Positions 20,967 to 31,011 of a DNA stretch of 64,000 nt are shown one piece after another. The notes beneath the pieces were generated by a model, which was given only the letters and a program-made list of their open reading frames with translations, was not told where the DNA came from and ran no database searches. Origin of the DNA: an uncultured Ruminiclostridium sp. (GTDB lineage: Bacteria; Bacillota; Clostridia; Oscillospirales; Ruminococcaceae); assembly GCA_964520065.1 (NCBI GenBank), contig CAZFMC010000004.1:2513-66512 (forward strand), given 5' to 3'. Each line of letters begins with the position of its first letter. Position 1 is the first letter of the stretch. A program made the position numbers and the translations under genes.

Positions 20967-21260
20967 TTACTTGCGTAATGTTACGAGGGAACGCATAACG
21001 CCATCGGTGATGTTGATGATACGCTCGAATTCCATCGGGAAATCAGGCTTGCTGTCGAAACTGTAAACCACATAGTAGCCTTCAGATTCGTAGTTGATGT
21101 CGTATGCGAGCTTTCTCTTGCCCCATTCGTCAACGTTTACGAGCTCAGCGTTCTGCTTGATTAAGTCAGTGAACTTAGCTACGAGTGCCTGCACCGCTTC
21201 TTCTCCGTTCTTTAAAGAGAAAACAACGACTGCTTCATACTTTTCGTTTAACTTTGCCAT
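20967..21260 (-). CDS. rpsF: 30S ribosomal protein S6
   Basis: KYE, WGKRKLAYDI, GYYV; canonical rpsF-ssb-rpsR order. Confidence 0.96.
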   Translation of the reverse strand: MAKLNEKYEAVVVFSLKNGEEAVQALVAKFTDLIKQNAELVNVDEWGKRKLAYDINYESEGYYVVYSFDSKPDFPMEFERIINITDGVMRSLVTLRK

Positions 21261-21265
21261 TTTCT

Positions 21266-21312
21266 TACCTCCTTATAGACTTACGGCCCGCACCTTATGC
21301 GCGAGCAAGGAT
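21266..21312 (-). promoter_or_regulatory. S6:S18 ribosomal protein leader RNA
   Basis: Minus strand ATCCTTGCTCGC-GCATAAGGT-GCGGGCCG...TAAGGAGG: CCTT pairs with the SD, with the CCG motif typical of the Firmicute rpsF leader. Confidence 0.7.
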
Positions 21313-21341
21313 TATGGCTGTCATTGCAACCATACCTTGGT

Positions 21342-21370
21342 ATTATAACAGATTTAATCGGGTTTGTCAA
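21342..21370 (-). promoter_or_regulatory. SigA promoter for rpsF
   Basis: TTGACA-17 bp-TATAAT with TG extension. Confidence 0.85.
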
Positions 21371-21446
21371 TAGCTGAAAAGCATTTTTTTACATTTTTCT
21401 CATGCGAAGCACGGAGCGTACTGTCCCGCAGAAAAATCCTTTGCTT

Positions 21447-21475
21447 GTCATATCTCGTACAGGCGGTGAATATAT
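21447..21475 (+). promoter_or_regulatory. Possible SigE sporulation promoter
   Basis: GTCATAT...GAATATAT resembles the SigE -35/-10, upstream of coat morphogenesis genes. Confidence 0.45.
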
Positions 21476-21526
21476 ATCTTCTGAACAGTGCGAAGCAGCG
21501 AGCTTTGCGGAAAACGGAGGTATATT

Positions 21527-23077
21527 ATGGAATTGCTACTTGACAAGGAGCCTGTCTTTCTCACCGAGGTAGTGTATGACGGTCAGGCTGAGCAGGGCGT
21601 TGAATTTGACTACGTTCTGCCCGATTATTACCCTGACATTTTCAAGATACTCAAATGCACGCTTACGCCGGGAGTAGCGTCGTACAGCGTTTCGGGCACG
21701 CAGCTTTTTATTGACGGGGTGGTGTACATAAAGGTTCTCTATCTTTCCGAGAACAGCAGCAGTATCAATTGCGTTGAGCAGCGCTACACTTACTCAAAGA
21801 CAATTGAGCTTGTAAAAGCGGCGGAGCGTCCTGCGGTAACGCTTTTTTCAAAGGCGGATTATTGCAGCTGCCGCGCGGTAAGCGGACGGAGAATTGACGT
21901 GCGCGGGGCAGTGAGCTGCAAAATCCGCGTTACGGGCTGTTATCAGGGCGAGCTTCTATGCGGTGTAAGCGGGGCGGGCGCACAGGTAAAGCGCGACAGC
22001 GTAAATTACTGCGGAAGCCGTCTTTTCACCGGACGCCAGTATGTTGTCCGCGAGGATATTGAAACCGGCGCGGGCGGAGGAATTTTATCCGTCCTGAACG
22101 TGAGCTGCTGTGCGGTGGTTACCGATACGAAAATAATTTCCGACAAGGTTGTTGTAAAGGGCGAGGCAAAGGTAAAGTCGCTTTATCTTATCCGCACGGG
22201 CAGCGGGGAAACGGAAACGGAGGTTATGGAGGCTTCTGTTCCGTTAAGTCAGATTGTGGATCTGGCAGGGATTACCGACGGACACAGCTGTTACGCGCAG
22301 TTTGACGTTATGGACTGCGACCTTGAAATAAGGCAGGGCGACGACGGAGAAAACCGCATTCTCGGCTGCGAGCTTACTCTGGACTGCAAGGTGACGGCGT
22401 ACCGCGAGGCAGTTCTTTCGCCGGTTTGCGACCTCTATTCCACCGAATACGAGAGCGAATATAACGTCGCACCGATAAAGCTGGAATATGCTCCGCAGGC
22501 GGTAAACGCGCAGACTGTTCTTCGCACCGCGCTTGACTCTCCCGACGGGAATATCACCGAGGTTTACGATTGCAGCTGCGACCTGCTCGGAACAAGCGTC
22601 CGCGCTTCCGACGACGGGCACGCGCTTATTATAAGCGGTCAGGCGAATGTACGGCTTATAGGCTGCGGAGAAGACGGCAAGCCGATATTTACCGAAAAAA
22701 CCGAGGGCTTTGAACTGGAAACGGAGGTTTCCGCACCGTCGGACGGCTATTCGGCGAACGTCAGCGTTTATGTTGCAAGCGTGACGTACAGCATAACGGG
22801 CGACAGTACTATCGAGGTTCATGTTCAGCTTTGTGCGCAGGGACTTGTTTACCGCGTCAAGACTGTGAATGCGGTGACGGAAATAAGCATTAACGAGGAT
22901 AAACCGAAGAAGAAAAACAGCGACTATGCGCTGAAGCTTTATTACGCGGAAAACGGCGAGGCGGTATGGGATATTGCAAAGCGGTATAACACAAGCGTTG
23001 CGGCGATAACCGCTGAAAACGAGCTTGAACAGGAACAGCTTACAGCTCCCTGTATGCTGCTTATTCCGATAGTGTAA
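21527..23077 (+). CDS. SipL/SpoVID-like spore coat morphogenetic protein (SPOCS/DUF3794 domains + C-terminal LysM)
   Basis: VLPDYYPDIFKILKC N-terminus; C-terminal LysM (GEAVWDIAKRYNTSVAAITAEN); adjacent to spoIVA. Confidence 0.82.
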   Translation: MELLLDKEPVFLTEVVYDGQAEQGVEFDYVLPDYYPDIFKILKCTLTPGVASYSVSGTQLFIDGVVYIKVLYLSENSSSINCVEQRYTYSKTIELVKAAERPAVTLFSKADYCSCRAVSGRRIDVRGAVSCKIRVTGCYQGELLCGVSGAGAQVKRDSVNYCGSRLFTGRQYVVREDIETGAGGGILSVLNVSCCAVVTDTKIISDKVVVKGEAKVKSLYLIRTGSGETETEVMEASVPLSQIVDLAGITDGHSCYAQFDVMDCDLEIRQGDDGENRILGCELTLDCKVTAYREAVLSPVCDLYSTEYESEYNVAPIKLEYAPQAVNAQTVLRTALDSPDGNITEVYDCSCDLLGTSVRASDDGHALIISGQANVRLIGCGEDGKPIFTEKTEGFELETEVSAPSDGYSANVSVYVASVTYSITGDSTIEVHVQLCAQGLVYRVKTVNAVTEISINEDKPKKKNSDYALKLYYAENGEAVWDIAKRYNTSVAAITAENELEQEQLTAPCMLLIPIV

Positions 23078-23089
23078 CAGGAGGGTTGT

Positions 23090-24565
23090 ATGAACAATTC
23101 AATTTATCACGATATTTCTCAGAGGACGGACGGGAATATCTATATCGGCGTGGTGGGACCCGTGCGTTCGGGAAAATCCACCTTTATAAGCCGATTTATG
23201 CAGTCGGTTGTTATCCCGAATATTGACAGCTCATTTCGCAGGGAGCGCGCAATTGACGAGCTTCCTCAGGGTGCGGCAGGCAAAACGATAATGACCACCG
23301 AACCGAAATTTGTTCCCGAGGACGCGATTTCAATTCAGCTGGAAGACAGTACGTTTATGAACGTCCGTCTTATCGACTGCGTGGGGTATATTGTGCCGAG
23401 CGCGATAGGATATATTGAAAACGAGCAGCCGCGTATGGTAATGACTCCGTGGTTTGAAACGGAAATTCCTTTCAATATGGCGGCTGAGGTCGGAACGCAG
23501 AAGGTTATCAACGAGCATTCGACAATCGGACTTGTGATAACAACGGACGGAAGCATTTCCGATATTCCGCGTTCGGAGTATGAGGAAGCGGAGCAGCGCG
23601 TTATCGAGGAGCTTTCCAACATCAACAAGCCGTTCGCGGTTGTGCTTAACTGCCGCGACCCGAAAAGCCGTGAAAGTTTGGAGCTTGCGGAGGAAATGCG
23701 TGAAAAATACGGCAAGCCTGTGATTGCGCTGAGCTGTCCGGAAATCGGCGAGCAGGAAATCAAGGAAATCCTGACCGAGATTCTGCTGCAATTTCCGGTA
23801 AAGGAAATAAATATCCGTATGCCGAAGTGGCTGACTGTTTTAGACAAGGAGCATTGGCTCAGAAGCGAGGTTTTCAGCGCGCTTAAAGCTTCCGCGGCTA
23901 AAATATCGGCAATCGGAGAGATAAAGGGCATAACCGAGAAGCTTTCGGACTGCGAGTATATTTCGGACTGCAAGGTTGAGGAAATCGACCTTGGTCGGGG
24001 CGCGGGGTTTGTCCGTGTGGAAATAAAGAGCGAGCTTTTTTACCGTATTCTCGGCGAGGCTACGGGTCTGGAGCTGCACGACGAGGGCGACCTTATGCCG
24101 TGCATGGTTGAGCTTGCCGAGGTTAAGAAAAAGTACGAAAAGGTAAAAGCGGCGCTTGACGAGGTTCAGGCTACGGGCTACGGAATTGTTATGCCGGGAA
24201 TTGACGAGCTGAGCCTTGAAGAACCCGAGATTGTTAAGCAGGGCGGCAAATACGGCGTTCGTCTGCGCGCTCACGCACCGTCGATTCATATGATGGCGGC
24301 GAATATTGAAACTGAGGTTTCGCCTATTGTGGGTTCGGAGCGGCAGAGCGAGGAGCTGATTCACTATATGCTTAATGAATTTGAGGAAAACCCCACGAAA
24401 ATCTGGGAGAGCAACATTTTCGGAAAATCCCTCCACGAGCTGGTGAACGAGGGGCTTCACAACAAGCTCTACCGTATGCCGTCCGACGCGCGGCAGAAGC
24501 TCCAGGAAACGATTGAGCGGATTATCAACGAGGGCTGCGGCGGCTTGATTTGTATTATATTATGA
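23090..24565 (+). CDS. spoIVA: Stage IV sporulation protein A
   Basis: IYIGVVGPVRSGKSTFI, IMTTEPKFVP, C-terminal GGLICIIL. Confidence 0.98.
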   Translation: MNNSIYHDISQRTDGNIYIGVVGPVRSGKSTFISRFMQSVVIPNIDSSFRRERAIDELPQGAAGKTIMTTEPKFVPEDAISIQLEDSTFMNVRLIDCVGYIVPSAIGYIENEQPRMVMTPWFETEIPFNMAAEVGTQKVINEHSTIGLVITTDGSISDIPRSEYEEAEQRVIEELSNINKPFAVVLNCRDPKSRESLELAEEMREKYGKPVIALSCPEIGEQEIKEILTEILLQFPVKEINIRMPKWLTVLDKEHWLRSEVFSALKASAAKISAIGEIKGITEKLSDCEYISDCKVEEIDLGRGAGFVRVEIKSELFYRILGEATGLELHDEGDLMPCMVELAEVKKKYEKVKAALDEVQATGYGIVMPGIDELSLEEPEIVKQGGKYGVRLRAHAPSIHMMAANIETEVSPIVGSERQSEELIHYMLNEFEENPTKIWESNIFGKSLHELVNEGLHNKLYRMPSDARQKLQETIERIINEGCGGLICIIL

Positions 24566-24573
24566 CCCGATAT

Positions 24574-24608
24574 TTCCTCCGACAGTAATGCGTCGGGGGA
24601 AATTTTTT
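24574..24608 (+). terminator. Intrinsic terminator after spoIVA
   Basis: TTCCTCCGAC...GTCGGGGGAA stem followed by T run. Confidence 0.65.
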
Positions 24609-24693
24609 CGTGCTTATTGACTTTTCCGTGTCAACGCGGTATAATGATACTATTGTAGAAAAATAATATAAGGGAATCTTTGGAGGAGAGAAA

Positions 24694-25116
24694 ATGGAGT
24701 ATACCATTAAGTACAATGAGCTTACAGCCGAGGAATTTATTTCAATCTGGGATTCGGTGTGGGGCGGCGGACCTTCGCTTGAACAAACAAGACTCGCGCT
24801 TGACCGCACGATTTTCAGAGTGTCGGTATATGACGGTGAAAAACCGATAGCGATGGCGCGAATGCTGGGCGATATGGGGTTGGACTATTACATAAAAGAC
24901 GTAGCTGTTCGACCCGAATATCAAGGTCAGGGGATAGGCAGGTTTCTTATCGGGGAGCTGATGAGCTTTATCGACAAAAACGGTGTGGGCGGTACGGAAG
25001 TTTTCGTGGAGCTTTGTGCTGTACCCGACAAAATTCCGTTTTACGAGAAACTCGGTTTTTCAGCGAATGAAGCGCAAAGGTTAAAGCTTATGCGTCACAT
25101 AGAACAAAAGGAGTAA
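24694..25116 (+). CDS. GNAT family acetyltransferase
   Basis: DVAVRPEYQGQGIG and FYEKLGF; TTGACT-17-TATAAT promoter at 24617-24645. Confidence 0.9.
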   Translation: MEYTIKYNELTAEEFISIWDSVWGGGPSLEQTRLALDRTIFRVSVYDGEKPIAMARMLGDMGLDYYIKDVAVRPEYQGQGIGRFLIGELMSFIDKNGVGGTEVFVELCAVPDKIPFYEKLGFSANEAQRLKLMRHIEQKE

Positions 25117-25122
25117 AAAAGA

Positions 25123-25887
25123 ATGGATTTTTCAAGGCTTAATTTCGGTGTTGACGGCGACAGCATTACAGCGGGAAAGCAGTGGTCGTATCACGTTTTC
25201 AAGAATCTCGGAATGGCTTCGCATCACAATGTTGCGGTCGGAAGCGCAGTCTGGTACAAGCGTACTATCACCTGCGCGGCGGGAACCGTAACAACTCAGG
25301 ACTACGGCTCTCCGGACTTTGCGGGAATCAGCGACGGCTGGGAGGAAACCGAGGATATTGAGGAATTACAAAAGCGCGTGAATAATTGCGCGGTAGTTCA
25401 CGTTCAGCGCTTCATTTCCGAGGTGAAAAGCGGAAAATATCCCGCTCCCGATATTTTCGCCTTTGCGATGGGAACGAATGACGATATTGACTGTCTTGGC
25501 GACGCAGACAAGGCGCTCACCGAGAAATTCCTTGATTGGAATGATAAAATCAATCTGTTTACGGAAGCGGGAGCAATGCGTTGGTGTCTGCAAAAAATAA
25601 TGGAGGAATATCCGCTTGCAAGGGTTTTTGTGCTTACGCCAATTCAGACGGCAACTCCCGAACATAATGCAAAAATACGCTGCCAGATTGAGCGGATAAT
25701 GCGTCCGATTGCGGGCGCTATGGGCGCGCAGCTTGTGGACTGCTATAACGGCTGCGGAATCTGCGAAAAATTCGAGGTTATCGGCGGCGAGGGAAAATAT
25801 CTCCGTGACGGACTTCATCCGGATTTGCCGGGACAGGCTCTTGAGGGAGCTTTTGCGACAAAGGAAATCCGCAACAATATGTTCTGA
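25123..25887 (+). CDS. SGNH/GDSL hydrolase
   Basis: GDSIT, GTND and DGLHP blocks. Confidence 0.85.
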   Translation: MDFSRLNFGVDGDSITAGKQWSYHVFKNLGMASHHNVAVGSAVWYKRTITCAAGTVTTQDYGSPDFAGISDGWEETEDIEELQKRVNNCAVVHVQRFISEVKSGKYPAPDIFAFAMGTNDDIDCLGDADKALTEKFLDWNDKINLFTEAGAMRWCLQKIMEEYPLARVFVLTPIQTATPEHNAKIRCQIERIMRPIAGAMGAQLVDCYNGCGICEKFEVIGGEGKYLRDGLHPDLPGQALEGAFATKEIRNNMF

Positions 25888-25895
25888 CGGCAAAT

Positions 25896-25932
25896 AACGC
25901 GGCACTCAACGCCGCGTTTTTTTCTTTTTTTT
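25896..25932 (+). terminator. Intrinsic terminator
   Basis: AACGCGGC...GCCGCGTT stem followed by a long T run. Confidence 0.8.
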
Positions 25933-26008
25933 AAAAAAAGGATTGAAAAGCGCAAAAAAAAATGCTATTATATATGGTGTACCTTTTATTATTGTTCAGG
26001 AGAAAGCT

Positions 26009-26977
26009 ATGAAAAGAAAAATTGCCGCCGCAGCGCTTGCCTGCGCTGTTATCGGAACGTCGGGCTGCTACTTCTTCCCCGCGGAGGAGGAGCTTCTCGA
26101 ACCGCCCGTGATTGCGCCGGACGAGGTTGCTTACTCGACATATACCGCGAAAATAAAAACAATTCAAAGCACCGCAACAGTTACGGGCTATCTGAAATCG
26201 CGCACGGAAAAGGAATGTTATTTTACAGATTATACGGGCCGCGTTAAGAATATTTATGTCAAGGCGGGTGACTTCGTAGAGGAAGGCGACCTTATTGCCG
26301 ATATGAACACGGGCGCGCTGGAATATGAGCTTGAAATTCAGAAGCTGAAGGTTCAGGCGGCGCAGCTTGCCTACAATTCAAGCGGCTCGCAGTCGGACAG
26401 GCTTCAGCTTGAAATAGAGCAGAATACGCTCGATATGTATCAGGCGGAGTACGACGGTTCTAAGGTGCTTGCACCGATAAGCGGACAGGTTTCCTATGTC
26501 TACAAGCTTAATCCCGGCACGGAAATGGATCCGTACAAGGTTCTTGCGCGAATCGCCGACCCCGACGACCTTTACGTCAGCGCCGAATATCCGGAATCAA
26601 TCACCTTTAAGGCGGGTGACAGGGTTACGGTAAATGTAGGCGGAATCAGCTACGACGCTACGATTTCGTACAGTCCTGCGGAAGCGCGTGAGGCGGGCGA
26701 TGAGAATGTCAATGCGCTGCACGCGGATTTTGACGGAGAAAAACCCGCTTTTGCGTATCTTGGTTCGCTTGCGGATATTGTAAAGGTGAAGGCAACTGCG
26801 GAAAACGCAGTGGTTATTCCGAAAAATCTCGTCAAAACGGACGGTGAGCGCGAATATGTCCAGATATACAACGACGGCGAAAAACGTGAGGTTGACGTTG
26901 TGACGGGCATTACAAACGCTACCGAGGTTGAAATAAAAAGCGGATTAAAAGAGGGCGATCAGGTGATCGTCAGGTAA
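26009..26977 (+). CDS. Membrane fusion (RND/HlyD-type adaptor) lipoprotein
   Basis: Lipobox TSGC; VKAGDFVEEGD and APISGQV lipoyl halves around a coiled hairpin; EIKSGLKEGD end. Confidence 0.85.
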   Translation: MKRKIAAAALACAVIGTSGCYFFPAEEELLEPPVIAPDEVAYSTYTAKIKTIQSTATVTGYLKSRTEKECYFTDYTGRVKNIYVKAGDFVEEGDLIADMNTGALEYELEIQKLKVQAAQLAYNSSGSQSDRLQLEIEQNTLDMYQAEYDGSKVLAPISGQVSYVYKLNPGTEMDPYKVLARIADPDDLYVSAEYPESITFKAGDRVTVNVGGISYDATISYSPAEAREAGDENVNALHADFDGEKPAFAYLGSLADIVKVKATAENAVVIPKNLVKTDGEREYVQIYNDGEKREVDVVTGITNATEVEIKSGLKEGDQVIVR

Positions 26978-26987
26978 GGAGCAGACC

Positions 26988-29816
26988 TTGTTTACACTAC
27001 TTCTGAGAAAAATGTGCAAGACAAAGTGGATGGTGCTTTGCCTTTTTATCGGCTTTCTTATGGCTGCGGGTATGATGAGCGCGGTGCCTATTTATATGGA
27101 CGCCTCGCTTCAGCGTATGCTGATAAAGGATATGGAAGCCTACCAGCTCGCCACGGGCGATTTCCCCGGAATTTATTCGGTCGATAAGGCTTTTTCCGCG
27201 AATGTATCCGCGGGGGAACAGCTTGCCGTGATAAACGAGCTGCCGTCAACGGTTAAGGAACGCGTGAGCGGGATAAAAATTCCTGTCGGCGCTGAAAAAA
27301 CCGTTGTTATGGACAATTTGCAGTATCTTTCAAATACCGACGGTTCTTCAACGCGCGTAAAGCTTGTTTCAATGACGGGCTTTTCGGAACATTCGGTTAT
27401 CACGAACGGACGAATGTTCTGCGAGGGAGGAATTGCCGAGGACGGGGTTTATGAGGCTGTTGCAAGCGAAACCGCACTCAAAACGCTTGGAATAATTCTC
27501 GGCGGTGAATACGAGGTGCGGTCTGCCGATACGAGCCGTCCCGCCGTAAGAGTGCGCGTTGTCGGCGTTTATGAGCAGTCGGAAGCAAGCGACATCTACT
27601 GGTCGGAAACGATGGACAGATATCTGAATGCGTTTATGATGGATTACGGCTGCTTTTCGGAAAAGCTCGTTGCGGGCGGATATGCGCAGCTTACCGATAT
27701 GTCGGTAAAATATGCGCTTTCGTATCAGTCGATGGATATGAACGACCTGCCCTCCGTTACAGCGGCAATTGACGAGGATTACGAGTATTACAAGGAGCTT
27801 GGCTGCGGTTTTACAATGGGCGTTTCGGATATTCTTGAGGAATACGCCGTTGAAGCCCAGAAGCTCACGGGGATACTCTGGACGCTTCAGATTCCGACGA
27901 TGGTAATGCTGGCGTTTTACCTTTTTATGGTATCGCAGCTTAACGTTGAGCAGGAAAAGAACGAAATCGCAGTGTTCAAGAGCCGCGGCGCAAGTTCGCG
28001 CCAGATATTTTTCATATATGCGGCAGAATCGGGTATACTGGGACTTGCAACGCTTATAACGGCACCGTTTGTGGGACTTTTGCTCACGCGCTTTCTCGGC
28101 GTTTCAAACGGCTTCCTTGAATTTGTGAACCGAACGGGCATTTCCGCAAAAATTACGGGAACGGCTGTGGTTTACGCGCTGATCGCGGTTGTCGTGTTCC
28201 TGCTCACAACGCTTATTCCTATAATCCCCGCGTCAAAGCTGTCGATTGTTGAATACAAGGCGAGCAAAAACAAGGTGGTTAAGGTACAGCTCTGGGAAAA
28301 ATGCTGCGTTGACATTTTGCTGATAGCGGCGGGATTGGTTTTCTACGGCATTTATACCGCCAACGAGGTTGTTTCCGAGGAATCGACAGGCGAAATCAAT
28401 CCGCTTTTCTTTATATTTTCAACCTGCCTTGTAATGGGTCTGGGACTCCTTTTTGTGCGAGTTTACCCCTATTTTCTGCGTGCGGTCTACAATATTTTCC
28501 GGCCGCTCTGGACTCCCTCTCAGTATATGGCTATTACCTCGGTAAGCCGCGCAGAGGGCGGGCGTGTGCGCTTTTTGATGATGTTTCTTATCGTGACATT
28601 TTCGCTTGGAATTTTTTCGGCAAACACTGCGCGAACTATAAATAATCAGAAAGAGGATCGGATATATTATTCGACTGGCGCGGATATCAGACTGAAGGAA
28701 TATTGGTCGGAAACAACCACCTCTGACGCGAGCATGACGGTTACGGGATATGTGGAACGCGATTTTGAGCGTTTTGAGCGGCTTTCGGGCGTTAAAACGG
28801 CAACGCGCGTGCTTGTAAACGAGAAAACCAAGGTGAGCGTTGATAAAAGCACCGAAAACGGCGTTACGCTTATGGCGATAGAGCCGTATAAATTTTCGCA
28901 GACAGCGTGGTTCAGAAACGACCTTCTTCCCGTGCATTGGTGGAATTATTGCAGCGCGCTTCAGGAATATCCGTCGGGGGTGCTGATTTCACGTGCGCTT
29001 GCCGATAAATATGAGCTTGAACCGGGTGACAGACTTTCGGCAAAATGGTCGGGCAACGACAGCGTTTCAGCAACCGTTGTCGCGATTGTGGACTACTGGC
29101 CGGGCATAAATCCGAACAAGTCTGCCAAAGCCGACAAGGAAAACGATAAAAAGCCAAAGGAAAACGACGAGGAGCAGACCTCATATGCGGTAAACTGCTT
29201 TATCGTTATGAACTACAATTATATATATAACCTTACCGATATTGAGCCGTACGAGGTCTGGATAGATATGGAGGACGGCGCAACAAGCGAAGCACTGTAC
29301 AATGATATAAGCGAGCAGCGCATACCGATTGAGTACATAACGGATTCATCGCAGCTGCTTATTCAGGAAAAGAACGACCCGCAGCTTCAAGGCATGAACG
29401 GCGCGCTTACGATGAGCTTTGTTATAATTATGATAATGACGATAATCGGATTCCTGATTTACTGGATTCTTTCAATCCGAAGCCGGACGCTGCAATTCGG
29501 AATACTGCGCGCGATGGGCGTAACTTTCAGGGAAATTATCGGTATAATCGGTTATGAGCAGCTGCTTGTGTCGGGCGTTTCGGTTGCAATGTCGTTTGTT
29601 ATCGGCGGTGTGGCGAGCGATTTGTTTGTTCCGCTTTTCCGCTCGATGTATAGTCCGGCAGAGCAGGTTCCGCCGTTTTATGTTGCGGCGGCGCAAAGCG
29701 ATTATATCAAGCTTTACGTGATTATCGTGCTTATGCTCGGCGGCGGCTTTGCAATTCTGGGCAGACTTATAAAGAAAATCAATATTAACAAGGCTCTGAA
29801 GCTTGGAGAAGATTAA
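26988..29816 (+). CDS. ABC transporter permease, duplicated MacB/FtsX type
   Basis: Two FtsX-like repeats (EIAVFKSRGAS; QFGILRAMG) with large extracellular loops. Confidence 0.85.
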   Translation: MFTLLLRKMCKTKWMVLCLFIGFLMAAGMMSAVPIYMDASLQRMLIKDMEAYQLATGDFPGIYSVDKAFSANVSAGEQLAVINELPSTVKERVSGIKIPVGAEKTVVMDNLQYLSNTDGSSTRVKLVSMTGFSEHSVITNGRMFCEGGIAEDGVYEAVASETALKTLGIILGGEYEVRSADTSRPAVRVRVVGVYEQSEASDIYWSETMDRYLNAFMMDYGCFSEKLVAGGYAQLTDMSVKYALSYQSMDMNDLPSVTAAIDEDYEYYKELGCGFTMGVSDILEEYAVEAQKLTGILWTLQIPTMVMLAFYLFMVSQLNVEQEKNEIAVFKSRGASSRQIFFIYAAESGILGLATLITAPFVGLLLTRFLGVSNGFLEFVNRTGISAKITGTAVVYALIAVVVFLLTTLIPIIPASKLSIVEYKASKNKVVKVQLWEKCCVDILLIAAGLVFYGIYTANEVVSEESTGEINPLFFIFSTCLVMGLGLLFVRVYPYFLRAVYNIFRPLWTPSQYMAITSVSRAEGGRVRFLMMFLIVTFSLGIFSANTARTINNQKEDRIYYSTGADIRLKEYWSETTTSDASMTVTGYVERDFERFERLSGVKTATRVLVNEKTKVSVDKSTENGVTLMAIEPYKFSQTAWFRNDLLPVHWWNYCSALQEYPSGVLISRALADKYELEPGDRLSAKWSGNDSVSATVVAIVDYWPGINPNKSAKADKENDKKPKENDEEQTSYAVNCFIVMNYNYIYNLTDIEPYEVWIDMEDGATSEALYNDISEQRIPIEYITDSSQLLIQEKNDPQLQGMNGALTMSFVIIMIMTIIGFLIYWILSIRSRTLQFGILRAMGVTFREIIGIIGYEQLLVSGVSVAMSFVIGGVASDLFVPLFRSMYSPAEQVPPFYVAAAQSDYIKLYVIIVLMLGGGFAILGRLIKKININKALKLGED

Positions 29817-29830
29817 GGGAGGTAGCTCTT

Positions 29831-30997
29831 ATGAACGTTTTAACGGCACTGAAAGGTATTGGCGTTGGCGTTGCGATTGCGGCTGCTGCCGCGTGCGCCG
29901 ATTCTGTACCCGAAAATACAACAACAGAAAGCGAGAATATTATGACTGACAATGTTTACAGCGCAAGCGCGGAAAATGTTAAGCCGCTCGGAAGAACACT
30001 TTTTGACGAGGGACTGCTCTGGTGCGCCTTTTCGGGAACAGGCGCGGAATTTACCTGCACGGGAAGCGAGTGTACCGTAACCATACGCGGCGACCGTGTG
30101 AGCGAATCGGAAAGCAACGAGGGCAATTATGCAAGAGTTGCGATTTACGTTGACGGAGAACGCGTCGTTGACGATATGCTTACTCAGCCCGAAAAAAGCT
30201 ACACCTTTGCGACCGACAATTCCAATGTAAAAATCGTTAAGCTATCCGAAACGGCAATGTCGTGCTTTGCGGTAAAGGAAATTTCCGTCAGGGGCGGCGA
30301 AATTGCCCCTGCCGAAAACAAGAAGCTGTTTGTTGAGTTTATCGGAGATTCCATAACCTGCGGCTACGGTGTTGACGACGAGGATAAAATGCACCATTTC
30401 TCCACCGCGACCGAGGACGTTACCAAGGCATACGCATATCGGACGGCGGAGGCGCTCGGCGCGGATTACAGCATGGTTTCAATAAGCGGCTACGGTATCG
30501 TTTCGGGCTATACCGAGGGAGATGAGCCTGTCAAGGCGCAGACTATCCCGCAGTATTATGAAAAACTCGGCTTCTCCTACGGAGATTTCGGTCTTGACAA
30601 GCCGCACAATTACAAATGGGACTTTCCGCGTCAGCCCGACCTTATTGTGGTAAATCTCGGCACCAACGACGATAGCTACTGCAAGGACAATGCCGACAAG
30701 CAGAACGAATACCGCGAGGGCTATGTTGAATTTTTAAAGAAGATTCGCTCAAATAATCCCGACGCAAAAATTCTCTGTACGCTCGGTATAATGGGCGACA
30801 GACTTTTTCCCGTGATTGAGCGGGCTGTTTCGGATTATACCGCCGAAACGGGCGACAGCAATATAGATACGATGAGATTTACTCCGCAGTCCGAGGCTGA
30901 GGACGGTATAGCAGCCGATTATCACCCCTCGGCAAAAACTCACGCAAAGGCGGCGGAGAAGCTGACCGAAAAAATACAGGAGTTACTTAAAAAGTGA
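29831..30997 (+). CDS. Secreted SGNH esterase, CE2 acetylxylan esterase-like
   Basis: Signal/lipobox-like N-terminus, beta domain, EFIGDSITCGYG, NLGTND, ADYHP. Confidence 0.8.
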   Translation: MNVLTALKGIGVGVAIAAAAACADSVPENTTTESENIMTDNVYSASAENVKPLGRTLFDEGLLWCAFSGTGAEFTCTGSECTVTIRGDRVSESESNEGNYARVAIYVDGERVVDDMLTQPEKSYTFATDNSNVKIVKLSETAMSCFAVKEISVRGGEIAPAENKKLFVEFIGDSITCGYGVDDEDKMHHFSTATEDVTKAYAYRTAEALGADYSMVSISGYGIVSGYTEGDEPVKAQTIPQYYEKLGFSYGDFGLDKPHNYKWDFPRQPDLIVVNLGTNDDSYCKDNADKQNEYREGYVEFLKKIRSNNPDAKILCTLGIMGDRLFPVIERAVSDYTAETGDSNIDTMRFTPQSEAEDGIAADYHPSAKTHAKAAEKLTEKIQELLKK

Positions 30998-31011
30998 AAG
31001 GAAACGCAAAA

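Noticed and set aside
30990-31011. SAH/SAM riboswitch before ahcY
   Set aside because: Only 14 bp separate ahcY from the upstream gene.
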